A stretch of 64,000 nt of DNA from Mytilus californianus (Eukaryota), in assembly GCF_021869535.1 (NCBI RefSeq), contig NW_026262659.1:7936001-8000000 (forward strand), read 5' to 3'. The stretch's first letter is position 1. The number at the start of each line of letters is the position of its first letter. Below are positions 1-13,069 of the stretch, one piece after another. A program made the translations under genes and the position numbers. The notes under the pieces are model-generated. The model did no database searches and had not been told where the DNA came from. It saw only the letters and a list, made by a program, of their open reading frames with translations.

Positions 1-175
1 AATACAGTACTTGTGTTCGGTATTATCTTTAATACAGTACTTGTGTTCAGTATTATCTTTAATACAGTACTTGTGTTCAGTATTGTCTTTAATACAGTAC
101 TTGTGTTCAGTATTATCTTTAATACAGTACTTGTGTTCAGTATTATCTTTAATACAGTACTTGTGTTCAGTATTA
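1..175. repeat. 30-bp minisatellite, about 6 copies, truncated by the window edge
   Basis: Unit aatacagtacttgtgttcagtattatcttt repeats at 1, 31, 61, 91, 121 and 151; it explains ORF 13..204. Confidence 0.95.
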
Positions 176-848
176 TTTTGTTAAAAAAAACCAGATATGA
201 GTGAAATTTTAGAAGCTTTTTTATAACACTAAACAAAAATGGGATTTTCCAAATCACATGTCTATCTTTTATACAATGTGATCATTTTTAAAGTGTGCTA
301 CACGCGTCATTGGAAATTTATTGATACTGTAAAATATCAGCTTTTCGTCGAGTGAGCGAAGCGAACAAGTTCAAAAAGGCTTCATATTTTGTCGAGTAGC
401 GGATAATAACAAATATGCTAAAAATCTGATAATCGATTTATCGGATTGTATTTGTGTTTTCATGATAGAAACATTTTCTTGGTTTCACCAGCAAACCGAC
501 AAAGGACATGAAAAGTTCGGGCTAATCTTATCAACGTCAGTTCAAACCATATGACGCCGGTGATAATTCGGTGACCATTGTGTTATTACGGCCGAGTCAA
601 TGTTTTTGACGTTCATGCCGTGCTCGCAATTTTAAGAAGAGAAAGTAGATACAAACAGAGGATAAAATCATAATAATTTTTATAACGTAATTTCGAAACC
701 AAATTTATCAAATATGTTCGCGACATTTTTCACAGGAACTAAAGAACATCATTAATTCATATTTACAGTAATGATTTGTAACGTATGAGCACTTTTAAGT
801 TGTGCCAAACAACCTTTTCCTACCATTACTTTGATTTTGTCAATATTC

Positions 849-3800
849 TTAATGAAAATAATCATTTTCATCACACTTTTCTCCAGAACCACTGAAGAGA
901 AAAACATCATATTTGGTCGGCAGCTTAATAGTAGTGAGTTGTAAAATGTAAGCACTTTTCGTATCTGTTAAGACACCTCCTTCTTGTTTTTCGATACTAG
1001 TACTTAAAATTATGAGTAGACGATAACTTTTGCATTTTTTGTAAGCATAATTCAAAAACTAGAATATATCATTACAAACCATAAAAAATTTAATAGCAGT
1101 TTTTCCATATAAATAACATGATTTGATACAAAAATATCTTTCGAAAGAGAAACATTGTTTTACGTACCTCTTCATGGTATATAACACTCCTGGTCAGAAC
1201 TGGGAACAAACTCGATTTAACTTTGAATTATTATGTTATGTGTGATGAATAATTTTATTACTTTTATAGTAATAAGAAAAAAGAAATACAATATCAATGA
1301 CGAGGAGAAGGCAATAACAAGTTACCAAGGGCGACGGCGAGGGCAATAACAAGTTACCAACGGCGACGGCGAGGGCAATAAGAAGATACCAAAGGCGAGG
1401 GTGAGGGCAATAACAAGTTACCAGGGGCGACGGCGAGGGCGATAACAAGTTACCAATAGCGACGGCGAGGGCAATAAGAAGATACCAAAGGCGAGGGTTA
1501 GGGCAATAACAAGTTACCAAGGGCGACGGTGAGGGCAATAAGAAGATACCAAAGGCGAGGGCAATAAGAAGATACTAAAGGCGAGGGTGAGGGCATTAAG
1601 AAGTTACCAAGTCCGACGGCTATGAAATTACGAATCCGGAGTCGAAGAAAGAAGACACGCCACAACCAACAAATCTTAGCCGAAAAGACAAACCACAGAC
1701 TACAAACTTAATAGAAAACAATAGATTGAACAACACGAAACCAGCGCAAAAAACCGCGGGTAGGCGAGAAAGCATGTAAATTTTTATTCAAGCTTGGTGA
1801 TAAACGCAATTGATCCAATTTTTACTAACCAGGAGGTTTTTAACATTAGAAGACATTATAGTCCCTTGGGAAAAAGTCGACGCAAAATAAAAAAATAAAA
1901 GTCTGATATCAATATAAAAAGGTGATGTGGAATGATTGCCAATGAGACACCTATACATTAGAGGTCAAACGACGAGGGTGAAAACAACTATTGGTCATCG
2001 AACGGCCTTCAACAATGAGCAAAACCCAAAACCGTATACATGAACTAAGTTATAAAAGACCCCACCATGACATTAACTGATTGTTGGTTGCTTAACGTCC
2101 CCCATTCATGACAAGATGTGAAATAATTTAATAGAGTAAAACAACAGTCGGCTTTGTTTATGCTATAAACAATTAACGAAAAACAAATATGGCAGACAGC
2201 AACCAACTACAACCACTGAATTACAGGCTTATGATTTGGGACCGTCACATAAAGAATAAGAACCTCAATCCTCACATAACCTGTGACAGTGTTGAAACAG
2301 CACAAAAAGGACAAATTGTGAAAATCAGTTGTAAAGGGATTGACTAATCAGATCGACACGAAATACACAAAAATCATTAAATAAAGACACAAAAACATAA
2401 GACACCGATCTGAGAGTAACTCCAGTAAGTGACAGCTAGATCAAAGCGAATTTCAACTAATAAATAAATCATCTTTTCACAGACTAAACCATCAAGTACT
2501 ACACATGTTTCTCTCTATTCTGAAATACGTATAGTATGGGAATTTTTTTTTCAAACTTTTTAAAGTGACAAATGGAAGGAGGTTGCATTTATGATGTCCA
2601 GTAAAACAACCTATTGGCGTTCTGTAAAACTATTGATATAATATGTACTTAAAACTTAATCACTAATAATATAAATAGTATTAAATTTATCTGTATAACA
2701 TTTTATATTTACTGATCGAAGACATTCTTCAGTCGTTATACAAAATCAAAGTATTTTCGAATGTATCGTGCAGGCATGCATTATTCAGGCAAAAAAGTCG
2801 TGATTGTTAATACACTGTACGTAAGTATAATATCTAGGACAAGGCTGGTGTTCTTAAATAAATATTTACAAGAAAAAATAAAAAAGATAAGAACTGACGT
2901 AAACTGTTTACATGTTATCTACTATTCATTTTCAGCCTTATCAGTAGAACATTCTGGTAAAATAACAACATCAAGTTAATGTGTTTTCAATGCGTTCACT
3001 TTGTTTGGGATTTGGTTCAAGACGCTTATTTAAACCGAAAGAGGCTAATGGCCTTACTTTTAAACTATCTCCAGTTAATGAAATCGAATAAGATTAACCC
3101 AATTTATGATCTTTTTCTAAATATATATAAAAGAGAAATTTGTATGTACTTCTTACAAGTTGTATTTGTAGTGCATTACATATTCATTAAAACCCGAACT
3201 TTACACGGAAGGCCAAGGTGATAATAAAAACTCAAGTCGAAGAAAAACGTACAACGCCATGACATAAAAATCAACGCCAAGGCAAAAAACGAACAACGCC
3301 ATGACATAATAATCAACGCCAAGGCAAAAAACGGAGAACGCCATGACAAAAAAATAAACTAAAGATTGAGCAACACGAAACCCACCATAAACCAAGGTTA
3401 ATCTGAGGTGTTTTGGAAGGGTTAGCAGTTTCTTTTTCACACAGAACCATGAAAGGTATCGAAAGTCGTTACAATGAGACAAAAGACCAAATCTAAATAT
3501 CTATAGAAATTAGTACAGGAGACGTGGTGCAAGAGTAAACAGATAGCAACCCATCATTATAAAACGTATTATGAATACGCATGTTTTATCTTATTTATTT
3601 CTACAATGACTCCTAAGAAAACTTGAATTGAACAAAAAATGGTAAAATGCAAAATACATTTAAAAGAATGAGGTGCATGCAAGTTATATGGTACCGATTT
3701 AAAACGTTTTCTTTTTTAACATTACAAAAAACATAGCTGCTTCAATCTAATATTTTAAATCAAAATCCTTTGTCTTTGGCAGTATATTTTCCCCCTAACC

Positions 3801-3911
3801 ATAATTAAATGATAAAAAGAACTAGAACGAACATATTAAATCACTTACCAGTGCAAAAAATCCATTCTGTATAATGAAGAATAGAGTAGAAATAATATAA
3901 CGACTTTCCAT
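849..3911 (-). CDS. Possible small secreted-protein gene, incomplete model (candidate exons 3911-3849, 1199-1168, 1058-849)
   Basis: ATG at 3911 gives MESRYIISTLFFIIQNGFFAL (signal-peptide-like), then CTG|GTAAGT. A 32-nt exon lies between cccag and gtacgt. A 210-nt terminal frame follows tattctag in phase 0. One linking exon is missing for phase consistency and no family is recognised. Confidence 0.3.
1298..1620. repeat. GC-rich minisatellite of 27-33-bp units with two alternating variants
   Basis: ggcgacggcgagggcaataacaagttacca alternates with ggcgagggtgagggcaataagaagatacca; it explains ORF 1236..1538. Confidence 0.9.
1912..2480 (+). mobile_element. Diverged copy of a dispersed repeat (gatgtggtatgattgccaatgagac family)
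   Basis: Collinear with 18857-19460. Partial copies occur at 27915-28075, 34095-34370 and 49914-50110, with reverse-oriented ends near 45340, 58520 and 63255. Confidence 0.8.
3250..3430 (+). repeat. 42-bp repeat (about 2.5 copies) followed by a conserved gattgagcaacacgaa module
   Basis: caacgccatgaca recurs at 3252, 3294 and about 3336; the downstream module also occurs near 1720-1760. Confidence 0.75.
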
Positions 3912-6124
3912 CGTTAAAGCTTTAATCGTTTGATGATTTTCAGAGGAGCGAGGTCCTCAAGTTGTTTAATTATGCATGCAGTGTTAAAGGGTAAAATTGG
4001 CCAATTGCTGTGCTGTGTTATCATTCGGAAAATATTACCACTGTTAAATCGAAATGGCGTAATTTTAAGCAAGATATGATATATATATATATATATATAT
4101 AAACAGATAAACTATAATGAAGTTAGTGTCTGTTTGAATATATATATCAACAAATATTCTTATACGTGCTTGATATAAATGGCAATTCAATGATACAAAC
4201 CAATTTATTGAAGTATGATATTTACACGATGTTCAACCAGCAAATACAGTGAAAAAAGTATGTGAAAAGTGTGAACCCAGACAATCTAAGTATTGTCACA
4301 CTTAAACAAGATCTGAATTTTTTTAAGGGTGCTTATTCAAGAAACATGTTTATATTATCTAAACAGAAAAGATAACAACCATAAAAAAAACTTCATTTTT
4401 TGTGTCAAACTGGGCCTTAAAGTAGTATCGGATTAAAAACAAAAAATGGGATAGTTATTTATACTTTGCCGGTGACCGACCCTCTGTATTCAAGCCTACG
4501 AGTTTAACAAAATTTCCATCATTTGTAAGGACCGACAATTGTACACATGAAAAAACACTATTTATCTACGTGATTAGAAAGATGGCTAAATGATCGAATT
4601 TTGAAATTATTATAATGAATAATATGATTGCTCATACAAAATTAATGCTTCTGAAAATAATAGGGTCACAGTGATCGTTTCTTGCTACATTACAAATAGA
4701 TACATTTACAGTATATTCTACCATAAGAATAAACTAGCTTGGGTACCTCACTTTTAAATCTTTGTGTTTTAATGAATCTAATAATGGTTATTGTCATGGA
4801 TTACATCAATTGCCAGAGGATATGCATTTTCATTAAAATAAATCCCAACATTTCTGTAAAGATCTAAACATTTCAGTTGCAATCGAAGATGGCAAGAGAC
4901 TCCAGTACTGCCGTAAATACCAAATTTTCTTTGAAGCAACCTACTGTTAAAAACGCAACACACATTTTGGTGGTTTTTTTTTTACCAAATCATGATTGAT
5001 CCTCATATAACTACTGTTCATACTTACCATACTTCTTTCTGTTTAGAAAAATGCCATACCTGACTTACCTGAGGTAATTGAACGTAATCGAATTATTGAA
5101 GTCGCACGAATTTCTAAAAGCGATATTTGAAACCCGTGAATGATTTTTTTTAAGGTTTTGTCTTCGTGAAGCAATACTTTCAATCCATACCCAAACTCAA
5201 ATCAGTAAAAACATGTTGCATTTCCATATTGCCGAGACTGAGCAATGAAAATCTGAATCTTGCCATAGGAATATCGAAATCAAGAATACGCGAACTCCCT
5301 GTTGATAAACAATTTCACGTTAGAAATTCCTCTTACTGTCGTTACATCAACGGTACAGGCAGATGGGATGTGTTGATGATCACCCATGACCAGATGAATA
5401 TGTAATGACAGCGTCACGTCAATAAAAAATGACTATGCAACGTCATTTGCGAGACATGCTTACGACCGCAACGTCAATTGCTTATCAATTTGTCGAATGC
5501 CATGGCAGACAGATTCATGCCATAAATGTTTCCCATATACTAAAATCAACTGCTGAAAAACATTTAAAGCCCCAAAGTTTAAACCGCAAACTTGCCAAAA
5601 CACTGTATGGGACAGAGACCAAATCAGAATGTACAACACAGAGCTCAAAACATGGCCAACAGTTCTGGTTGACTTTTTGGTCAATCATTTAGGCTTTGGT
5701 TACAGTCAGTCATTGCATTCGACGGTGACGCATTCATTGACAAGGGTAAACCACAGTTTCAGTGCTCACCACATGATTTGAACATCAAACAAGACGTAAT
5801 GAATTCATCTTATTTCAGACAATGAAGTAATGAATGAAATTTATGTTTATACATTTATTTAACAAGAATTGCATATTTGAGAATGAGAATCAAAATGAAT
5901 AATCTAGCGTTGCGTTTTAAAAGTCCGTCAGTATAGAATCGCAAATAACGAGTAATTAATAAAAAAAAATCGGACTATACAGTGGCAACACAGACCTCAA
6001 ACATGGTTGTCAACTTACTCAGAGAGCAATAGCACTTAAAAATCAATGTCAACCAGTATTTACACCATCATCAAATATAACAGACCATGAATTTATTAAT
6101 ATTGCCTTCAAAACGAAAAAGTTA

Positions 6125-6830
6125 AATAACTAGGATGAGGAAACTGAAATAACTAGAAGAGCGAATTAGCCTGCAGCTGATCATGTTGTACAAGGTAGTT
6201 GTGAGGTTGGTGTCGGCTCTACCACCAAATATTTTCATCCAACAAAAACACCAAACTACAAGACCAAAAAGGTTGATCATACCAATGACTTTTCAAGACT
6301 GTGTTTCGTCAAATATCCTTGACAGATGTGTCACAGTATGCAATATCACCGAAACCTTAACAATTCAGGACAGTAAAACACCACAATATCACCGAAACCT
6401 TAACAATTCAGGAGAGTAAAACACCACAATATCACCAAAACCTTAACAATTCAGGATAGTAAAACACCACAATATCACCAAAACCTTAACAATTCAGGAT
6501 AGTAAAACACCACAATATCACCAAAGCCTTAACAATTCAGGACAGTAAAACACCACAATATCACCAAAGCCTTAACAATTCAGGATAGTAAAACACCACA
6601 ATATCACCAAAGCCTTAACAATTCAGGATAGTAAAACACCACAATATCACCAAAGCCTTAAAAATTCAGGACAGTAAAACACCACAATATCACCAAAGCC
6701 TTAACAATTCAGGATAGTAAAACACCACAATATCAATACTCTTTTATGCTGCTATACAGTGGAATTACCTCCCTGATAACGTCGTGCATCAAGACTCCAT
6801 AGAAGCCTTCAAAACCTTGGAATCATCGCC
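6125..6830 (+). mobile_element. Decayed 3' end of a CR1/L2-type non-LTR retrotransposon, interrupted by a tandem array
   Basis: Translates to LEERISLQLIMLYKVV...TTRPKR before the array and to a QYSF..AAIQWNYLP...SIEAFKT-like stretch after it, typical LINE ORF2 C-terminal motifs; stops and frameshifts are present. Confidence 0.6.
6341..6735. repeat. 43-bp tandem repeat, about 9 copies
   Basis: Unit caatatcaccaaagccttaacaattcaggatagtaaaacacca; period 43 measured from 6361 to 6404. Confidence 0.95.
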
Positions 6831-7133
6831 AATAAAGACCGCTACGGCCTTGTCTCATTTCTTTGTATATTGAAAAGTAAACCAATTTTTGGTTCAACTA
6901 CTTATACAGATACAGAATACCAAAGTTAACTATACAGGAGATGGCATCACTAAATAACTGCAAAACTTAAATCAAACAAAAGCTGCAGGACCACTGGGAA
7001 GAAATCAAGCCAAGACCCTAAAAGGAAATATCTACTGAAATATATATATATATGTGCTGATATTTAGATTAATTATGTATATACATATATATACATAATT
7101 ACTCTAAATATCAGCACAACAATGTTAAATCTG

Positions 7134-8179
7134 CAAATTTGCGGAAGCAAATTTTTTATCTTCCCTCGCCGGGATTCGAACTCATGCTATTGGGATATCG
7201 AGGCAACACCACCTGCACTGTGTCCAGCGCTCTAGACCACTCGGCAACCTTATGTTCGAATCCCGGCGAGGGAAGAACAAAAAATTTGCATAAGCAAATT
7301 TACAGATCTAACATTGTTGGGCTGATGTTTAGACGAGTTGTATATACAGAATGTACACAGCCATGTATCACCATCACTGCTGTTGATCCGGTGGATAAAT
7401 CTGTTGTAGAGTTGTCACTGGTTCAGACGTACTTATAAATATAATTATTTCTGTGACTGTATCTTGCATTAATTTGTAGGATCCTGTACCATAGATATTT
7501 CAGCTGATCTGTAACAATTCCATCTTCATGCCTTATATATCATGTACTGTATTACGACGCTAGATTAAAACTGACGAGAAAAGGAAACACCCGGCCACCG
7601 AAAGCTTTGTTTTTGTGAAGCCTAGGTGGTCGAGTGGTCTAGCGCGTCGGATACAGTGCAGGCGAATTGGTGTCACGATATCTCAGTAGCATGAGTTCGA
7701 ATCCCGGCGAGGGAAGAACAAAAAATTTGCGAAAGCAAATTTACAGATCTAACATTGTTGGGCTGATGTTTAGACGAGTTATATATATATATATACTTTA
7801 CAATAGATGTTTCAGCTGATCTCTAACAATTCCATCTTCATGCCTTTTATATCATGTACTGTATTACGACGCTAGATTAAAACTGACGAGGAAAGGTAAC
7901 ACCCGGCCACCGAAAGCTTTATTATGTGAATCCTAGGAGGTCGTGTGGTCTAGCGCGTCGGATACAGTGCAGGCGGTTTGGTGTCACGATATCTCAGTAG
8001 CATGAGTTCGAATCCCGGCGAGGGAAGAACAAAAAATTTGCGAAAGCAAATTTACAGATCTAACATCGTTGGGCTGATGTTTAGAAGAGTTGTATATACA
8101 GAATGTACACAGCCATGTATCACCATCACTGCTGGTGATCCGATGGATTAATCTGTTTTAGAGTTGTCATGGTTCAGAC

Positions 8180-8185
<6 letters not shown>
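7134..8185. mobile_element. tRNA-derived SINE-like repeat: one inverted head plus about three forward tandem units
   Basis: Forward heads at 7622-7720 and 7935-8030 carry A-box-like TGGTCGAGTGG (7627-7637) and B-box-like AGTTCGAATCC (7694-7704). A reverse-complement head lies at 7134-7250. The shared body starts aaatttacagatctaacat. Confidence 0.75.

Positions 8186-8217
<32 letters not shown>
8180..8217. repeat. (TA)n microsatellite
   Basis: Direct reading. Confidence 0.95.
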
Positions 8218-8219
<2 letters not shown>

Positions 8220-9104
8220 ACTATCATATTCTGTAAATCTCTTAACAAAGGAACTGTGTCATGTAAGTGACTGTAAAACTGCCCATTTCTCAACTATATA
8301 CAAAAAGGTAAAAATACCCCGAAAACTATCCGACAGTCCTATTTGCTTTACTTTATTTGCTGGAACTCCTCAACAGAAAGTTATTAAACAAAAATGAAAC
8401 ATGCAGTTAAAGAAAATATCCTCCATCCTCTCAATATGGTTTTCGCAAAGGTCGCAGCTGTAATACATATTTGCTAGAATTTATTGACGCTGTTATTACT
8501 GTAAATTTGGAATCTGGTAAACAAACAGATGTGCGTACTAGTAATCATGTTTAACGTTAGTTATTACTCTTTCACTTGGCATTTCTGTGAGGAACAAAAT
8601 ACAAGAAAAATAGAAAAATTCAAGAACGTGTGCTTTGCTTTATTTATGATGATTATCAAAACTCTTATGGAACACTCCTGCAGATTTTAAACCTTCATTT
8701 TCTAAAAACTCGTAGAATACACATAATTTTCCTTTGCTTATTTAAAATCTGCTTTTTATACAAAATTAAAAAAAAACCTCAATTCAAACAATTTCAGGTA
8801 TACTTTTTGATTTATAGGCCGGGGGGGGGGGGGGGGGTGCAAAACTTGCATTGAGGTTCATGCCCTATCTATCGAGTGTTGTCTGGCCTTTTGCTCTGCT
8901 TTTTGTTTGACCTTATTCACAAAGCATCCGTAAAGTTACTGCACCCGTAAACGTTGCGGAATGGTTGCGGAATTAAAACTTTCGTATTCACAAATACAGC
9001 AGAGATTTCGCATCAGTAAAAGTTACGGAATATATCCGTTAATATTTGAGAAATTTTAAGGGACGTCATGACTATTCTTAAACCATGTGGAATCGGATAC
9101 TTGT

Positions 9105-9516
9105 ATAAGCTTCAATTTATTTGCATAAGAAATATGTTTGATGGATTGTCAATAACTGTAATATGGATAACATTTTTGTTTGCTATGGAGATACTGTATA
9201 TCACCAAGTTATCGGAATAGTTATCGGAATTCCAATGGAGACTAACTGTGCACCACTTATTGCGGACCTGTTTGTGTATTGTAACGAATTACAATTTATG
9301 ACTAAAATCAGCAAAGACTCATCGAAACAACATCTGATACAAAAATTTAATAACACTTTTAGATATTTGAGTTATATATTGGCTCTCAACAATGACGACT
9401 TCTGTATGTACACTAAAGAGATTTATCCTGTTGAACTTATTTCAAATGAAGCTAATACTAACAATGAAAACTGCCTTTTCCTGGATCTTGATATCTGTAT
9501 CTTTAAAGGGATTTGA
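9105..9516 (+). pseudogene. Penelope-like element reverse transcriptase fragment
   Basis: YHQVIGI..PMETNCAPLIADLF...FNNTFRYLSYILALNN...IYPVEL...FLDL matches the QxxGIPMGTNCAP / FRYxDD / IYPxEL / FLDL pattern. The catalytic DD reads SY and VIGI is duplicated. Confidence 0.8.
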
Positions 9517-12335
9517 TTTAAACGAAAGAAATCTCTGTATTACTGAAAAATTGTAACACCAGGGTTTTCAATATACAAACATTATTATTATAGCGTATTT
9601 TAAGTGTCACTGCTTAATTATTTTATAAATGCTTTTTAGTTTTGTTAGGAATTTTGTGATATTTCAGTGATTACTTGTACCTCCAAGTCAATGCACATAA
9701 AGAATGCCGTATAGGCATTGATCTCGGAGGTTCAGAAATCAAGTATGATATGCTTTCATTATATTTGGATGCCCTTTTATGTATTTGTATTTGCATGAAG
9801 CTGTGCGCTTTTTATTTGGTAGTCGATAAAGATCTCATCATAGTTAATGTTTCATTGTTATTGTGCACATATATGCCGACTTAAAATTTAAAAAAAATAC
9901 GTACCGTTACTTACTTACTGGATGAAAAATCTTAGCTTATCAAAAATGAAATCTGATTATACAACTTCAAAAAAAATATAAAAAAACAAAATCATATGAA
10001 TGTGTGAATGCTTCACCATCATCATAATATCTGTAAATATAAAATAAGGAGATGTGAAATGAGACTGACAACCGTATGATCCAAAAGAGTCCATAGAACG
10101 TGGATTTAATCAATTATGTAAACTTTGGTTTTGAAAAATATCTCTCATTGATTAAACAGTTTGAACTTAGAAGAAGCTTTATAAGGTTACGTATTTCTTC
10201 ACATAGTTTACAAATAAAACTAGGTAGATATTAAGGCAACCTCCGACACAGCAGAATATTTATACATGTACTTCCAATACTATTGAAGATGAGGCCCATT
10301 TTCTTTTTCATTGTACAAAAATTTAATTTTTCTAACATTGCAAACGGTTATTATTAATATTTGAAAATCAAAAACAGTCAAAAACAGTCAAAACTGCCAA
10401 AATAATTTAGCTTTTTAGTGTAGAAAATGTTGATTTACTTAAAATATTTGATATACAAAAAACACCTTCCTTAAGATTATTATATACATACATATTTTAA
10501 AGTTTTAATGTATTTACTTGAAGTAAGTCAAACACATGATAGTCCTTTAAAACATAGAAATGGAAGATATATATTGAATAATACATTTCTTTTTATTTCT
10601 CACGGTAAATGAGAATGTTCGTATATCCTGATGGCATCGTTCCTTGGTGTAAACTGCATTCAACTTACTTATGCTGATACCGTTTATGCTTTTGATACCG
10701 GTAAGATAAAGACATTTCCACATATATATATTTAGACGTTACGCACGTGTTTGCGTTAATGCGTCAAAATCCTACACACCACAATGATAAACAACTCTGA
10801 TAAAAAAAATCATAACAGATAAGCTAAATAATCCTTATATCTTTGGACTCAATATGTAAACCCGTTTCTAAAATTTCTATAAAACTAGATCTCACATTTT
10901 AGTAAGAGTTACCAATACAGACAAAACTATTATCAAAACGTCAAAATTTGGCGTGTCAGACGTAACAGACTATACGAATAATAACCTTTACAGGCGTGTT
11001 TGTGCTCTTCAAGAGAATGTGAAATTCTCGAGAATTTGTAGGAATGTTCTATGGCATAATACATTTATGATTATATAAGCGAATTTTTGCTGATTGAACG
11101 TTCGAACTGATTTTTTTTTGACAAAAATGAATAGTTTTTAAAACGATCAGATATCAGAAAATTTTAATCTATCGGAATTTATGGGATTTTTTAACATACG
11201 GTAACATGTTATTTTGTTTTGATAAACGATGCTTAAAAAAGTACATAGATAGATCATTCCAAAACCGGCTTCTTACAACATTCACACAACAAATAAAAAC
11301 GCAACGGTATTAAGTAAATGTCTTGCAAGAATGTCCAATGTGTTACTTGCGACATCAATGATTAAAATATTAGAGTTCAAGTATATAAGAAAGTGCTTTA
11401 CCGTAATTGTACTTGAACGCTTTAAAATGATTACATATCTTTCGATAGTTTGCTTACTCGATAAAACCGTCGTTTTAGAATAAATCCAATGTCTTGCAAG
11501 TTTGTCCACTCAACGATTTTTTATTAACGTTGTCGGTTCGGGACGCTATTAATGTCTTTTCGAAATCAAATAGAAAGGTTTTCATATTCCTTATTTAAAC
11601 ATCATAATGTATAAACAATTTGATGAATGTTTCTGCAATTGTGTGTTTGTATTTCTTAGATGCTTTTAAAATAAAAAGTACTGTTGAACCTCATCAGTTC
11701 TGAGATAAGAGAACAAAACAGAATAAAATAATCTTTGCAAATGATAGAAACGAAGATCACATTAATTATTTTATAAATGAACCTATCTGAATAAAATATA
11801 TTACAATTTATTAATAGATAAGTAATATGATTATTTTATATCTTAAAACCGTGGAAAAGAATCGCTAAATACTAGTACGCCATTTATATCCACAAACTCC
11901 GATACTAATCTGTTTCAATGGCGTGATCAGTGATTTTGAGGAAACGAAGTTTATTGGAGAAAAAAATTTAAAATGTTGACGAGGGAGGGGGGGGGGGGGT
12001 TAACGACCTTGACTACCCATTAAAATGTTTTAAACTGTAAGCTATTTAAATACTGACAGGAAGACATTTGCGATATGAACGATGGTCTTATCGAAAACAT
12101 CGTTGAAAAATACGGTTTTAGCAGAAGATCCAAACTATGATTTTACCTTTTAGAATTAACAGCAAGACCATAAACAACCGAACAAAGTATTTATAAGACT
12201 TGCGCTGTTCGTTCGATAGAGTTTGGAAAGTTGTCAAAGGGCTCTATTAAGATATATAATTTCTTTTCAAAATCGTTCGACGTACAATTGAAATGTGTTA
12301 TTCTGCCATACGTTTCATACGTGCATAGCCGGTTC

Positions 12336-12402
12336 TAGCCTGGCATCCTGACCCAATCTAATACTTCATCGATGTCGAGCAGTGAGCCAGGATCCCAGGC
12401 TA
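12336..12402. mobile_element. 67-bp MITE with 15-bp TIRs and a 9-bp target-site duplication
   Basis: TAGCCTGGCATCCTG ... CAGGATCCCAGGCTA (14/15 match), flanked by agccggttc at 12327-12335 and 12403-12411. Confidence 0.85.
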
Positions 12403-13069
12403 AGCCGGTTCCTGAAAGTAACATCACAACTGTTGTACCTAAAAAGTTTGATTATTATATAAGTCTGCAATTATATAAAATAAATAGAATATGAAATTTA
12501 TGTTTTTCCACAATTCATATCTTTCAAAATATAATTAAGTTACTAAAATTTGTGAAGTGTTGATTATTTAATCGTGTTTAATTTTTTAGGTATGACTCTA
12601 TTCACTTGTAACCAAATCTCCACTGCTACATTTAAATAAAAATTGGGGCTTCTTCCTTAGAACGGAAATAAATGGGAAATCATTGAATTTTATTTAACTT
12701 TTTGTTTGTTTTAAAAAAAGAAAGAAAAACTTCCTTGATTATTGTTTGAAAACGTCAAATCACGTCATTGCCGACTGAGATCGGCTGAATAATAAACACA
12801 ACGTGCTGCTGACGCGGGAAGGACTGTAAACATGCTTGAACTTTTGGGCAAGACAACTTTATAAATATCTTTTGTATAACTATTTAGCCGACTATATATA
12901 TAATCAGCCACACTTGTATGGTGTATTATATAAGCTTAATTAAGCTGCTTAAATATTAACTTAAGACAGTTATATATCACTTGATTTTATCGAATGTTAT
13001 TTGTTTCATTTTCAAATTATAAGTTTATTGTCATGTCAAATGTTTATACCGGCCCTTTGGGCCCTTTAT

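Noticed and set aside
2761-2979. Plus-strand spliced mini-gene with intron 2821-2936
   Set aside because: The splice signals look plausible, but the spliced frame stops three codons after the junction.
4745-4945. Exon-like segment starting GCFKEN (WSC-domain-like) on the minus strand
   Set aside because: All three frames contain stops between the acceptor and the donor, and the similarity is only a few residues.
6341-6735. CRISPR-like array (also 1-175 and 32818-32986)
   Set aside because: Units are contiguous with no unique spacers, there are no cas genes, and the context is eukaryotic.
7622-7720. Functional tRNA gene
   Set aside because: A and B boxes are present, but I could not form an acceptor stem or a 7-nt anticodon loop, and the head is part of a tandem repeat.
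8820-8838. Poly-G tracts (also near 11984, 51238 and 51924) as functional G-quadruplexes
   Set aside because: They are isolated homopolymers with error-prone length and no contextual support.
9675-9884. ORF 9675..9884 or a minus-strand exon at the same place
   Set aside because: No homology is recognised and all three minus frames contain stops.
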